Shown: piece after piece, positions 35,481 through 48,724 of the stretch
How positions within the stretch are numbered: position 1 is the stretch's first letter
Layout of the letters: each line of letters opens with the position of its first letter
Assembly: GCA_964188305.1 (NCBI GenBank)
Contig: OZ076889.1
DNA: 64,000 nucleotides
DNA from: Podarcis bocagei
Taxonomy: Eukaryota
Reading direction: 5' to 3' (one strand)
Translations under genes and position numbers: made by a program
The notes under the pieces: generated by a model
The model's database searches: none
What the model saw: the letters and a program-made list of their open reading frames with translations, nothing else
Told to the model about the DNA's origin: nothing

Positions 35481-38400
35481 AAAGAGTATTTTCTACAAAA
35501 ATGGCAACTAAGAATAGGAGGCCACTGATTATGCAGCACTGGGTGCTTTGCTGACACTCAATCCATTTCAAGGGTAGACACAGATGCCAGACTGTCCACA
35601 TTTGAACCAGCTCTTCAATGCAGGGAAAGCCACACAATTTGACCCTCTCGTGTCTAGCTGTGCAATCCCTGCACTATAGCCAGACCTGGTTCAGTTTGCT
35701 CTTGCAGGGTATATTGTCTCACCCCAATTTGAATGACTTTGTTGCTTGTGCTCATCCTTTGCATAGTGGGTTGAAGGGTTTCTGAACATTCCTCTTTCCT
35801 GTACTTTTGATACTTTCTTGCAAACAAATTAAAGACTTTGAGAAAGTTCTCCTATATATCCTTTGCATGTCACTGTATCCTATACTATATTCCTTCCACA
35901 ACTAAGTTGGACCAGTGATGAATTCTTCCACTACCATCCAACACCCTGAGAGAGTCACACAGTGCCAGCTTGGAGAGAATATATCAGATTGCACAAAATG
36001 AAACCAAACCTCTGGACTCACACCCAAGCTACCTTGTCTTGATAGAGAGAAGTGAACAATTTGGAGCCATCTGATTGATACTGGAACTGCTCACCCACAG
36101 CCAATATTGCTACCTTTTCTTCCACTGCCATGATTCCTGCTGCATTTGCACCAGGTGGGTGAACCTGGTTGCTTTAAGCAGAAGGCAGGGAGAGGCCATC
36201 CTGGTACTGCAACAATCTTAGCTGAATCTGTGTAAGAGCCATAAAAAGAAAGGCCTGCCATGTGGGGAACATCCACAGCCATAAAGACAGAGAGCTACAC
36301 AACTGAGCACCTTCACTCCTAAATGTCCAACCATCCCACCTCCCCAGCTGAGAATGCCACACGTTTGTTCGGAACTGACAAATGCTCCCTTTGTAGGCCT
36401 GCCCACTGGCACAGAATGGCTCCCAAACACACAAAACGCACGTGCTTAGCTCTTTCCCCGCAATGTATTTGCCAGCTTTATGGGCCCATTTTTCTTGTCA
36501 AGCTGACAGCGCTGCTAAGTGGATTTCTCTCTGATATGCGGACAGATTATCACATTACCCCAATGTCCAACACAAACATATTACTTTATATTCAATAGCT
36601 CTAATGAATATAAACTGCTTTTTCTCTTTTTGGGAGGGGAAGGAGGCTGGTGGGAGGGGGCAATCTATAGATTTTTAATGAGGGCTGCTATTTACTCCCT
36701 CCTCTTTAAAACAGGCTGAGGTGCAGCCTCTGGCTGGAAAATCAATGTTGTTATTGTTGGAATATTGTATATTGATATTGTAATAATAAGATGCAATTGA
36801 TTTAGGGGTGCGTATGGATGGGGTCAACCCAGGGTTACTCTGCCTAGAGTGTGGTGCTGTCTCTCAAAGTGGACCATTTGTTTTAGGCAACCCAATTCCC
36901 CATTTGAACGCAGTGAATCCTCCCATCTGCACCCCTCCAAAAAGAAAAATGTTTGCAAACGGTAGCATAGCACTGGTGGCAGCCCCCAAAGAAGGACCAA
37001 AGCTCTGCTAAGGAAAAAACAAACAAAATCTGGTGGTCTTAAGAGTTGATTATCTAGGGTCCCAGCCCCTGAGGAAAAGAAAGAGGGGGAAATGAGAGAC
37101 GCTCCTAGAATTTCAGAAAAGGTGGACCTCTGGGCTGTGTGTGAAAAACAAAAAGATGAGTTGGCCAAGGGTGGAGACAGGGCAACAACTTAGTCTTTAT
37201 AGTTTACATGGCCAAAAGGCTAAAGCCTGCCCTGCCCTTGTGTAAATGATAGTTTAGATTCTGGCCCCAGCAGATGCAGACACAGATCCAAATGTGAAGT
37301 GTGTGCAACAGATGACCCTGCACAGTAGGGACAGCAAGGCTAGAGATGCTGAAACAGTCCCTCATGAAATCCCAATGAGATGCTGGAACTAACTGGTCTC
37401 TGCGCCCGGCCTTGGGAAATGTGCTCATTTGGAGTGAAGCTGGCTGCACCTGCATTATAGCCACCAAGACGGATCACCCAATGGCCTGCGCTGAGCAGGT
37501 CCATATTTAAGCTGTCCCCATGCTTTATGGTCTGTACAGGAGCTGATGCAGAGGCAGCGAGAGGCCATTTGTCACTGCTGGAATGGCAGATTCCTGTTAA
37601 TGAATAATATCGCTGCTCTCTTTGTACAACAGCTCTCGGCACTGGGGTGGGGGGTGGGGGAGGACGTTCATTGGGCTGCCTGCCTTGCTTCTGGCTTCCC
37701 TTTATTTGCCTTTGTTACCCAACGAAAGAGTCTGCTCAAACAACCTGTGCGCCGTCACCCACTGTCACAGTATCTCACAACTCTGCCAACGCAACTGGAA
37801 ATAAGCATGTTTTCTGTCTTGCCATCATACCTGTAAGTCCTAACCTTGCTGCCTGCCAGTTTGCTAACAACCAGCGCCAGACTGAAATCCATCACGCTGT
37901 GACCGATGAGCTGCCGGATGATGGCTGTATTGTTGAGAGAGCACCAAGATGCCCCACTGTCCCTGGGTGGCTTGCACCTCTGCCTCACACCTCACTCACA
38001 GCCCCTTCCATGGGCCAGCTTTCTCTTAGGCTTTTCTCAAGAGCATCCCTAACGTATCACAGGTCAGAATGGACTGGTTATCACAGGAAAGACAGGTGCT
38101 TTCTGGATCTAGTCAAGAATTATCTCCTGACTTAAAGCCTTTTCAGCATCCACTGGCAACTGATCTGCAGACTTCCAGGGCAAAAGTGAAAGGCAAGTTA
38201 GGGCAAGGCACATTTTTCTTAGACCAATGCATCTTGTAGGTTAGTCCTCATTATTCACAAAGGAACAAAATCACTGAAAGACACCTGTGTCAATGGGGAC
38301 ACAGAGCTGCATGAAGTAAAGAAGACTGGTCTCATGGGAAACACTCGTCCCCTTCTCCCCACCCCAATATCCTCTCTGCTTTCTGATCCTTTATTATTAA

Positions 38401-39659
38401 CCACAAATGTAGTAATTTTAGTCTGCTGTCCTGCATGCTAATATGACCCTCTGAAAAATAAAACAGGATGCATGAATGTGCAAATGTAAGGTACTCGTTT
38501 AAGCTTTAGCATGCAAAATGTTTTTCAATATATATTGCTTCAGTTGTTCTCAAAACGACCCTATCAGTTTTGCAAAAGGTGGAGAACTTAGGCAGGATCC
38601 ACACTAACAGTTTTGCCACATTTCATTTCAGAGAGGTTCCTCATTGTCCCAGGACACATCTTTCTGTCTTTCCTGTAAATGCACACTCCTCACAGAATTG
38701 CACTTGGTTTTTAAATACATTTTTCTTAGACAACATTGAATTTGTCACATTTCTGATAAGTTTGATGTATTGTGATTTAAAAGGCAGCCAGGGCAAGGGG
38801 AATGTTGAAGCAGGATATAGTTTGGATAATATCATCTCCTTGTGGTATTTTCCCTATAATTTTCTCTACTACTTTTTAAAAATAATCTTTTGCAAAACCT
38901 GCAATCAGAATAAAATATAGCAGATTAAGAAACTCTATTTGAATTCTAATGTGTCATATTTGCATCATTTCTAACCAAGGGCACCCTACTGGTTCAAGTT
39001 CCAGGTCAGATGCAAAACTAACTCAAGTGAGCTCCCTTTGCTGTCTCAAGAAAAACCACTACATTGCTGCCGGTCCACAAATAAATTCTCAGCCTTTTAA
39101 TCAGCCTTGTCTTTAGTCACAGGGGATCACAACAGTGCCAGTTTCAACCCCAGTGCCCTTTCAAAAATATAGGAAGCTGAGAAGGGGTTGTTGCCACCAT
39201 AGGCTCAGAACCCCTTGAAGTCAGCCAGTTTATCTAGCCTGTTTGCCCTACTTGTGTCCAAGTTCCGTAAATTTTAAAAGGGGGGATTCATTAAGGATGA
39301 TGGGATAATGAGCATATGGAATAAGCTTGTTAGAACCAAATACTAATCTAAACATACCATAGTTTGAAGTACGATCCAAAGCAAATGCTAAATTTCTCTA
39401 TAGCTCTCACTGTTACACCCATACTTCACAATCCTTTGCACCCTCCTTTATTTCCTGTTTGGGAAATTTCACTGCTCAAATAGTTCAAGCCCACACTTGT
39501 TTCCATATAACTGCAAAGGTCAATTACTCATACTGGCCCATAAAGAATGAAGTCCTAATGCTGACGTCATCCAATCGCTGTGTACTCTGTGAGGAACATC
39601 TAACAGATAATGGAGTTAGCCTGAGCATAAACAGCTGATCAATGAATGTGTTTTTTGGG

Positions 39660-39845
39660 GGGATGGAATCATGGCTCAGTGCTTAAGCACATGCTGAAGG
39701 GTTCAGTTCCTAGCATCTCCAGTTAAAGGGTTGACAGGTAAACTGGTCTAGGAAAGGCCACTTCCTGAAACACAGGTAACTGTTGCCACCGATTGGAGCA
39801 GGCAGCAATGGCCCAGGTGGATCAGTGCTCTGACTCAGTATAAAA
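39660..39845 (+). mobile_element. tRNA-derived squamate SINE (Squam3-like; family name tentative)
   Basis: ggctcagtg A-box, ggttcagttcc B-box, gcatctccag...cctgaaac...ctgactcagtataa body. Confidence 0.65.
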
Positions 39846-40053
39846 AACACATAATATGGCCATAGAAACAGGCGAGGAACCTGAGTCATAAAACAGGGCA
39901 TCTTAGAAGCCATTCCTGTGAAGCTGATTGTCACGTAGACCTGTCACTTTTAATCACAAACCTCTTTGAGGGAAATGAACTGCTTGCTACATGGAACAGC
40001 CACACTGTAGTACTTTTTAAATAGTCACTACTATGTGTGACAGCTTCTTTGCA

Positions 40054-40055
<2 letters not shown>

Positions 40056-40100
<45 letters not shown>
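40056..40100. repeat. (AAT)15 microsatellite, the tail of the adjacent L2
   Basis: Perfect AAT run directly abutting the L2 3' end. Confidence 0.95.
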
Positions 40101-40101
<1 letters not shown>

Positions 40102-40402
40102 TATTATTTGTACCCCGCCCATCTGGCTGGGTTTCCCCAGCCACTCTGGGCGGCTTCCATAGAAACCAAAAATACACTAAAACATCACAGATTAAAAACT
40201 TCCCTGAACAGGGCTGCCTTAAGATGTCTTCTGAATGTCAGGTAATTATTTATCGCTTTGACATCTGATGGGAGGGCGTTCCACAGGGCGGGCGCCACTA
40301 CCGAGAAGGTCCTCTGCCTGGTTCCCTATAGCTTTGCTTCTCGCAATGACGGAACCACCAGAAGGCCCTCGGCGCTGGACCTCAGCGTCCAGGCAGAACG
40401 AA
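40101..40402 (-). mobile_element. Young L2 LINE 3' end
   Basis: Minus strand reads GTRQRTFSVVAPALWNAL; 3' UTR cagagtggctggggaaacccagccagatgggcggggtacaaat; CpGs intact. Confidence 0.85.
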
Positions 40403-42465
40403 TCAGACCAAATTACACCACACTTAGCTCTCAAAGCCTCAGCCACCAACTAGATGCAGCCACTGCATGTGTATTATCTATACAAGTTCTTTATGTGTTT
40501 ACACACACAACAGAAATCTCTGGCTATGAGTTTCACAGTAGAATAGCATGTTTAGTAAAAATAGCACTTGCTGAATTAAAAAGATGAAGTTAATGGACTA
40601 ACGGAATATGAAATTCCTTCCAAGCCCACAAGACAGTCGCAATGCCACCAGAATACAGAATGACAACAACGAACCAGAAGTGAGAATTAAATTGGGGTGT
40701 TCTCTCTCTCCTCCCTCATACCTTCAATATGGCCGCAGTGGGAAGGTCCCTGGGACTGCCGGCAGGTATCTCAGATAGTGCTGACAGCAGATGGACAGAA
40801 CATTAAGAATAACTTACCTCATTATCTGCAATTACATTACTGCCACACACCTCATTTCTTCGCAAAGAAAAGAAAATTAGTTTTATATTGACTTCATCCT
40901 AGCACTTTTCCCAACTGGCCACTGGATAAACCACTCATTGTTTGAAGGCGGGGATTTGGGACATAGAGTGGGGGGTGGGCTTTGATGCTTCAATGAATAA
41001 CAATTTCTCCTAACCTGTTGCCTAAAGGTGAGACTCCACTCATACACAGGAGTCCATGTTTTTGTGTGGAAGGCTAGGCCTGAGTGGTTTAGGAATGAGA
41101 CACAAGTTACTAGGGCTTGATCTTGGATTATTAGCCCCTGAAATGAGAAACTTCAATTCACAAATCACCCGTATGGTAGTCAATGGCATTCAAAAGGCCC
41201 AGTCTGGAGGTGAGAAGTTCTCAGGCCATATAGGGATCTGTGTCCGCTATACACAACATGCTTCATTTCCATTTCCTGTCTGGCCCCTGCCATGGGATGT
41301 CACCTTTCCAACGTACATAAAGACCCCAAACAATGGCCTGCCTTCAAGGGCCAGCATGCCTGAGAACCGAAATGGGGGAAGCGTGCAGGGAAGGGGCAGC
41401 AGGTTACAATGGAGACATTTCCCCCTGTGTCGGCATCCTGCAACCTCTCCATCCATTAGCCGTAATTGCTGGCAGCAGAATAACAGCATTTTTAAAAGCA
41501 GAGCTTTGCTCTGCTGGGCAGAAAGAAGGGGGAACATGCTCTCTGCTTCAAGGTACAAATGCCAGGCTCCCATCTGTCAGGAGGAAGGGCAGACAGAGCC
41601 ACCCGAGGGCCCGTCACATATCCATTTTTGCTCAAGAACGTGGGAGGGTCCTGCATGCAAAGGGAACACTCACAGCCCAGGAATCCTTGAGCAGGTAGAA
41701 ATCATGCCCAGCTCTGGGCTAAACAAGTTGCCCCCTGCTGAGAGATGAAGAGGCTGACAGTGATTCACATCTTCATTTACAGCCACAGAAAAAGGCTAGA
41801 CCATCCTAATGGCTCACCACTTTTATCCATGCAAATATATACTATTATCTATATCTCGCCTGCATCCAAAACAATGAGCTAAATTTAGGTTTTAAGGCAC
41901 CATCCAAGCCACTCTAAATACAGGTTAGTGGTGGCTTGCCAGAATCCTAATCTGTGCTGAATTCAGCCTGTGTTAGCATATGCTATACTACAGGCTTGGG
42001 ATGGATAGCAGTGTACAGTACAAAAGTTAGAAGTAGACAGTCCTTTCCAGTGGTTACTATGAGCTGAGATGTTTGGCGTAAATCATCCCTGAGGCTCAGT
42101 GAGGAAGGCACTCGGCCTGCTAAGTTTCTCACGTAGTGTGGGTTGGGCTGAACTCAGTTGTGGGTGGTGCCATCACTTTTCAATGTCTCCCTCCCCACTT
42201 TGTGGGTGTGGAGGGGGGCCTGGCCTTTGCCAGAGGTCTGAGCTCATCACTTGTAAATTCCTTTGAAATTAGGCTGAGGGTTTCCCACCTGGCCTGTGCC
42301 AACCATGCCAAAGGTCTCTTCACTGAGGACAAAGAAAGGCAACTTTTTTGGAGAATGGCCAAAGTATTGTTTGGATTGCCATTTAGGGGCCTCGGTTAAC
42401 CTGCCATTGCAATGAGGTGGAAGGCTGGTGAGGCTCAAATCCAGTTGCCATTCAAAACAGATGTA

Positions 42466-42880
42466 CAGTGGTACCTCGCAAGACGAATGCCTCGCAAGAC
42501 AAAAAACTCGCTAGACGAAAGTTTTTTCCGTTTTCGATTTGCCTCGCAAGACGAATTTCCCTATGGGCTTGTTTCGCAAGACGAAAACGTCTCGCGACTT
42601 TGTTTCCTTTGTCTAAAAACAAAGACATGTTTTGTTTATAAAGTTAATTTATTTTCCCTTCAATTTTTGAACTGCTCTTTACAGTATGTGTGACTTTAAA
42701 GAGCAGTTAATAAACTGTTGTTGTACCAAATTTGGCTTTGTTTGGACTTTTTTTGACCATAGGAACGCATTAATTGATTTTCAATGCATTCCTATGGGAT
42801 TTCGTGATTCGCAAGACGAAAAATTCGCTAGACGACAAAACTTGCGGAACGAATTAATTTCGTCTTGCGGGGCACCACTG
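42466..42880. mobile_element. Tc1/mariner (Tigger/pogo-like) MITE, full length
   Basis: TIR cagtggtacctcgcaagacgaa / ttcgtcttgcggggcaccactg, flanked by TA on both sides; internal cgcaagacgaa repeats. Confidence 0.9.
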
Positions 42881-42939
42881 TATAAATAAATACCAGCCAT
42901 CACATTGCCTGAATGATCTACTGTTCTATGTAGTTGTTT

Positions 42940-43105
42940 CATGTTTATCCTGCTGCTCAAGGAGCTCAGAAGCGTTTTGGCCTCCTGAGGTAAGCTGGGC
43001 TAAGAAAGGGCTTTGCTCCAGGCCACCTAGTGAGCATCATGGCTGAGCAGAGATCTGATCTTGGATTCCCTAATCCAAACCTCATGTTAAAGTCACTATC
43101 CCACA
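42940..43105 (-). mobile_element. MIR-like SINE fragment
   Basis: ccaggccacctagtgagcatcatggctgagcagagatctga = reverse complement of a SINE core/B-box. Confidence 0.5.
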
Positions 43106-44915
43106 GTTGTTCTCCAGCAGCAAATTGCCATATTGTTTTAAGTGGTGGATTTAAAGGGGTATAAATTCTCCTAAATATCAGAAGATAAAGGACCTAAATG
43201 GATAGTGTGCCTACTAGTGGAATAGGGCAGAAAATATTGGATATTGACACAATACAGACTGTTTAGTTTAGTTTACTACACAGAAGTCAAATAAACATGC
43301 AAAACCATCTGTGGTCAAGTATGGGCATCTTAAATGTCTAAAAAAAGCACACCTCACATCAGTGCTTTCCATCATGTACCTGTAAGGTATATACTGAAAT
43401 CACGCACTAGCTGGAGTCCAGACTGCAGGTGATATGTCTGCCCCACTCCTTACTGTGCATGGTATCGGGAACAGCAAAGCAAGAGATGTTTGCCCCTCTT
43501 TCTCAACAGGTCACTGAGAAATTCTTCTGGTATCTAGCTTCCGCAGCTGCTCTTGTCCTAGTTATAAGGAGCTGCTTTAGACAGTGCAATTGGCCCTCCT
43601 CGCCCCATAATATCTACCATACTTTCAGGAAAAGATTGTTCCCAGCTAGGAGTTCGCAGTCTTGTTCACCATTCTTGCCATACTGCCATACAGTCAGGCT
43701 CTAGTATAAAAGAGAAGCCCAAGTCTCTGCTGAAGGGAGAAGGAAGAGATACGTTGACTAGTCTCTGCCTTGCTAGGGATTCCAAGTATAGAGGCAAAAC
43801 AAGTACAGATGGTGACCACTTTAGGAACGATCACTGATGTGTGGGTCCTTTTGGACCCAGAAGAAGGCACAATGGGGCGTAAGAGGGTACAAAATGGTTG
43901 TTGCCTGTAAACTCATTTCCACTTCCCTTGTCTAGCTCTGCAATGAAGCAGGGGCAGAGGGATGTAGAGGCACATGGGCTTGTTTGCACCTGCCATGCAT
44001 TTTGAACACCCAGCAACTACAGAGTCAAAGCAAGCCTCTTCTCATTTTCAGTTCCAAGATGGAGATGGCAGGAGGTTATTTTCACACTGTGCAAAATGCT
44101 CCACCACCACTCCAGCTCCGGACTTCCAGCTGGAGAAGGAAGCAGGGGAATGCTCTCGGATTTGTGCTATGTTTCAGGGGTCCAGCATGTGGTCAAGGAC
44201 CAGGCCCCACCCACTGAAGGATGATGATGATACTCTTGGCACCAACAAATTTTGGGTTGGCCACCAAGGCAAGAAATATTTACTGGCCTCTGCTCCCAAC
44301 TCTAGTACCTGAGATGCCAGAGATTGAAACTGATACCTTATACATGCAAAAAGAATTGTGCTCTGTCGCAAAGCAATTATTCCTCCCATGCTTCTCTTAA
44401 TGACAATTATGATTATGTTATGAATACAGTCACTGTTGGCTTGATCCCTAGGATACACCTGTGCATAGATGAGTGTCCAACAGCCAAGGCATTTGTTTTC
44501 TCCAGCATTTCCTTCTTTCCTGGCCAGGCCTGAAGAGTAGCTTCCTTGCTATACCCTAGGAGATGCATTCCTCATCAGCCTCCTTTCTCCCTGGCCACCA
44601 TCCAAATAAAAAAAAGAACATCCCATGACATCATAACCCCTTCCACTCGCTCAACATTTATATTTGTTAAACTTTTTAGCAAACTTTCAGATTCTCAACA
44701 TCTTGTACCCAGTAGTCCAATCAAGCTGGGCCTATTTATTAATCACCTTCCAAGAAGCATCCCAAAATGACTGAACAATAAAAACATCAACAGCAAAAAA
44801 CATATAAAAACAAGTTATTTATTGCACTTTTAACCCACTCTTCAATCAAAAAGGCTCCCAGAGCAGCTTATTTATCAAGACAAAAGTCCCTGCCCTCAGG
44901 TTTATAATCTAAAGC

Positions 44916-45187
44916 ATAATAAGATAAGAACAGCCTGCTGGATTCAGGCCAGTGGCCCGTCTAGTCCAGCATCCTGTTCTCACAGTGGCCAACCAAATGC
45001 CTCTGGGAAGTGCGCAAGCAGGATCTGAGCACAACAGCCCTCTCTCCTCTTTTGATTCTGAGCAACTGGTATTCAGAAGTATACTGTCTCCAGCAGTGGA
45101 GGCAGAACCTAGCCATCACGACTAGTAGTCAATGACAGCCTTATTCTCCATTAATTTGTCTAATCCTCTTTTAAAGCCATCCCAGTT
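44916..45187 (-). mobile_element. CR1 LINE 3' end
   Basis: ataagataagaacagcctgctggattcaggccagtggcccgtctagtccagcatcctgttctcacagtggcc...tctaatcctcttttaaagccatcc, typical reptile CR1 3' terminus in reverse. Confidence 0.85.
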
Positions 45188-45611
45188 TCAGAACCCAGTT
45201 CTAAAAGTTACAGTTCTTATGATGATCAGCTGTGATAGAAACAGTTCAGGAGACTGACGGAAAGGCTGCTGCTAAGTGATGGTTGGGAAAGCACCAAAGG
45301 CTGCTGGTCTCTCCGCAAAACCAACAGAATAGTCCTGCTTCCCTTCTGCTCTGCAGCCGGATTCCATCTGCCTTGCTTTGATCTGGAGGGTCAGAAGCTG
45401 TGCTCTTTTGCAACTTAAAGTGTTTGTGTACCTAGGACTGCACTGCATAAGATTACCTTTGGGTCTTGTATAGCTCTGTAATGGTATGGCTATCATTCAA
45501 CCCAAGTCACAGCTTGCGAACTACCGGTAATTCTGGGGCTCATATAGAAAGGTGCTTTCAAGGCATGTGAGGAGGAAAATTCTATCAAGTCTCCCACCAT
45601 CAGACATTTCT

Positions 45612-46044
45612 TTTCTTTTTCTTTTTTAAATATTTTATTAAGGATTTTCTTGTTTTACAGAAGTAAGCGTAATGCCTCCTATTTTTTTTTCATGTAACAT
45701 TTTTACAAATCCGTTTCATTTGTGGAGGCATTAGGGGGAGAAGAAAAAAAAAGAAAGAAAGGAAAAAGAAAGGGGGGAGGGAAGATGGATGGGGGTGGGG
45801 TCGGGTGGCGATGTTTCTATTATGCTTAATGTGTGTAGAGTTTGGTGTCAGCGTTACCTGTGTTCCTTTGGTGGTGAGAGAGGTTGGGGTCGGCCTAGGG
45901 TGTGATTGTTTGTTTGTGATTGGCTGTGGTGATCTTTGTTTTCGTGTGTGGGTGAGGTGGGTGGGTGTTTTGGATCAGGTTAGCCATATTGATTTGTATG
46001 CTGTTGGTGGATTATTGTCATTGTCTTTTTGGGCTGTGTATGTG
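45612..46044 (-). mobile_element. 5'-truncated L1-like retroposed insertion with AATAAA, A-rich tail and 16-bp TSD
   Basis: TSD accatcagacatttct (45596-45611) / accatcagccatttct (46045-46060); tttatt at 45634-45639; T-rich run at 45611-45627. Confidence 0.85.
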
Positions 46045-46371
46045 ACCATCAGCCATTTCTAATAATGAGATGTGGTAACAGCCTCCTGTTGTGACTGGAT
46101 ACTAAAGAAAACCAGTTCCTAAAATGATATAATTTTGTATGCATTGTTATTTGTTCTAAGATTTGGCTGTATGCTTTTTATTTTGTGTTCTATACACCAT
46201 ATCTGTACGGTGGGTTATAAATACTTTAATAAAATAAAAATAAATCATACATGTACATCAGCTTTGTAATACGCTATTATCTGTATCTACCTTAAGATTC
46301 ATAAATGCTTTTGTAAATTGGAAAAATCCTGTAAGCCAGGCCCCAAATACAGCCATTATTTCTATTAATAT

Positions 46372-46585
46372 ATTTATTTGTATCCTGTCCTTCCTCTAAG
46401 TAGCTCAGGGTGAAATATATGGTTCCTCTTCCCTTCTATGATCACACAAGTCACGTGAGTTAGGTTAGGCTAAGAGGCAGGAAACAGGCTCAATGTCAAA
46501 TAGCAGGCTTTGTAGCTGAGCAAGGATTTCAACTCCAGCCTTCCTGGTCTAAGTCCAACATCTAGTGACTGTCACTACACCACAC
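46372..46585 (-). mobile_element. MIR-like/L2-tailed SINE
   Basis: tttatttgtatcctgtccttcc tail; ggttaggctaagag...gctgagcaaggatttcaactcc core/B-box in reverse. Confidence 0.55.
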
Positions 46586-47889
46586 TAACACTCACGAGGC
46601 CACAGGCAGCTTTTGCTGCATGCTTGAGGTGGCCTTTGGCCCCAGCAATTCTTTATGGGATGCTATTTTCCACAACTCCTGAACTCATGTTCACAACTCA
46701 TGTTCTAAAGGAAAAAAGTCTCAAAGAGCTGTATTTCTGTCAACCAAGCCCACATTGGGGCTTTCTGACGGCTGTCTTAACAATGGCAAGGCTGGTGAGA
46801 CATCTTCATTAAGCACAGTCTCAGCCACTTGCAAGGTCTCCCTTGAATGTCCACCTGCCCTTTCGGACTTACTCTTCTTCACTACTTTTCCTAAGTCCCA
46901 ACTCTTTACTGCAGACAATTTGAACACTGAATTTGTACTGTTGCAAAGAACTCCAGCATTGGAACCACCAGCACCTTGAAATTACCATATGACAGGACAC
47001 AAGCTGTAATAAAAATATTTTTACCTGTCAGTGAAAGACAGTCAGAGAAGGAGCCACACACATTTTGTGAAGCAATGTCTATCTCCTGTTCCCATAAAAT
47101 ACTGAAGCATATAACATTTATTCACAGAAATGCAAGGCATTCTCCTCCAATGTGGTACCCATTCTTTGGAACTCCTTCTTCTGGCAGATCAGACTGGCAA
47201 GGTTGTGAAGAGTTGGTGAAAAACTGCACACCAAGGTGTTTGTGGCTTGTGGGCTTTCACAACTGTTCTTTGTGTTTTTCAATAGTGTTTTATTATGATG
47301 GGTTTAGATAGCTTTGAGTTCCTAGCAATGCCTAGAAAGCAATGCCTGAAAATGTTTATGCAGAAACAAATAGATGAATAAATGCAGGGTAGACTACCTG
47401 GGCATATAGTGGGAGGCCAAGGACCTGCACTGGAGAAAAAATTACTCAGCCTCTGTGATTAATACCACTCACCCAGCCCTGATGCATACATAATGCTGCT
47501 CAATAGTAATGAAGTGTTAACAGAGCCATTTCCTCAGAAATTCCTTTTTATCTTTCCATAAGTCTTTATAAAGGCAGAAGCAATGGCATTTCCCACCTGT
47601 CAGGATATTTGTGGAATGGGACAAGTCGCTTACGACCCTTCTGAAAGTTCTGTTTTATTTATGAAGGAGTTGGACAGACATCCAGTTAAGAAAAACATCA
47701 ATCTATTTAGCCTGGTAGGTTCTACAGAGTTTTCTTGAGTCTCAGGAAGATGTCCTTCTCAGCCCTGCTACGTGAGATAACCCAAGGAATCTATCTGTGT
47801 CTTCATATGAACACTGCCAAGCTGATGTTCTTCCACACTCCTCTCACCTCAGAAGTTTCCCCAGTGGCAGACACTAGACTGGTATCTAG

Positions 47890-48072
47890 CAACATAACCT
47901 TATGCCAAGTCAGACACTGGTCCATCCAGCTCATTGTTGTCTATACAGACTCGCTTGTGGCTCCCCAGGGTTTTAGGCAGAGAAGTTTCCTCCAGAACTA
48001 CTTGGAGGTGCCAGGCACTGAACTTGGTACTTTTTGCATGTAAACCATGTGCTCTTCTACAGAACTACATTC
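47890..48072 (-). mobile_element. tRNA-derived squamate SINE, same family as 39660-39845
   Basis: ccttatgccaagtcagacactggtccatccagctc...ggaggtgccaggcactgaacttggtactttttgcatg...agaactac. Confidence 0.7.
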
Positions 48073-48119
48073 CTTCCCCTTGTAGTGAGGGCATGGTCCA
48101 CAAACCTGCAAACCACACT

Positions 48120-48285
48120 TGGAGGCAGTATATGCCTGAAAACCAGTTTGTGGAAACCATAGGAAGGCAAAGTGCTCACATGCTCATGCCCTGCATGCAA
48201 ATTTCCCACAAGCATCTGGCTGGCTGCTATGAGAACAGGATACTGGACTAGATGGGACATTAAGACTCTTCTTACATTCTAATGA
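48120..48285 (+). mobile_element. CR1 LINE 3' UTR fragment
   Basis: gcatctggctggctgctatgagaacaggatactggactagatggg...ctcttcttacattctaatg; reverse-complement match to 44916-45100. Confidence 0.65.
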
Positions 48286-48724
48286 GATGCTCCATCTGGT
48301 CTCTTCTCTGTGCTACACTCAATTTTATAGCCACAAACTCAAAAAAAAAGTCCACATTGGGGCCACTGAAAGTGCTTGTGTGCACAACAAGAATGTTGGG
48401 AGATAGAAATGAATCAGCAGCTGACTGCAAATATAACCTCTCTTCACCAGAAAGCTCTCTGTAAACTCTGCCGAAATGAGAGCTGAGCCTTGCAGCTATA
48501 CTGAAGCTTTGCAATATGGGCATTGCCTATTCCTTTGCATAAAGACAGAGATGGCAAGTCTGAATGTGAAAAGCCATGGCATGGTCAGATACAGTAAGGC
48601 TAAAACTGTGCCCCCTTCCCCTCCATGAGATAACGACCAGGCTGATATTGAAGGATAACAGTGGTTCACCAATAAGAGGGGGGGAAGCAATTTCATCTTT
48701 ATTAGTGGGAGAATTCTCTTTTAG

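Noticed and set aside
40053-40268. Poly-Asn and poly-Tyr ORFs
   Set aside because: Translations of the (AAT)n microsatellite and antisense L2
41056-41748. 230-aa ORF, the longest in the track
   Set aside because: No recognisable domain, no splice context, antisense within the ERI3 intron; compatible with a chance ORF
42466-42880. Regularly recurring cgcaagacgaa units suggestive of a CRISPR-like array
   Set aside because: Eukaryotic DNA, irregular spacing, both orientations, bounded by TIRs and a TA TSD; these are MITE subterminal repeats
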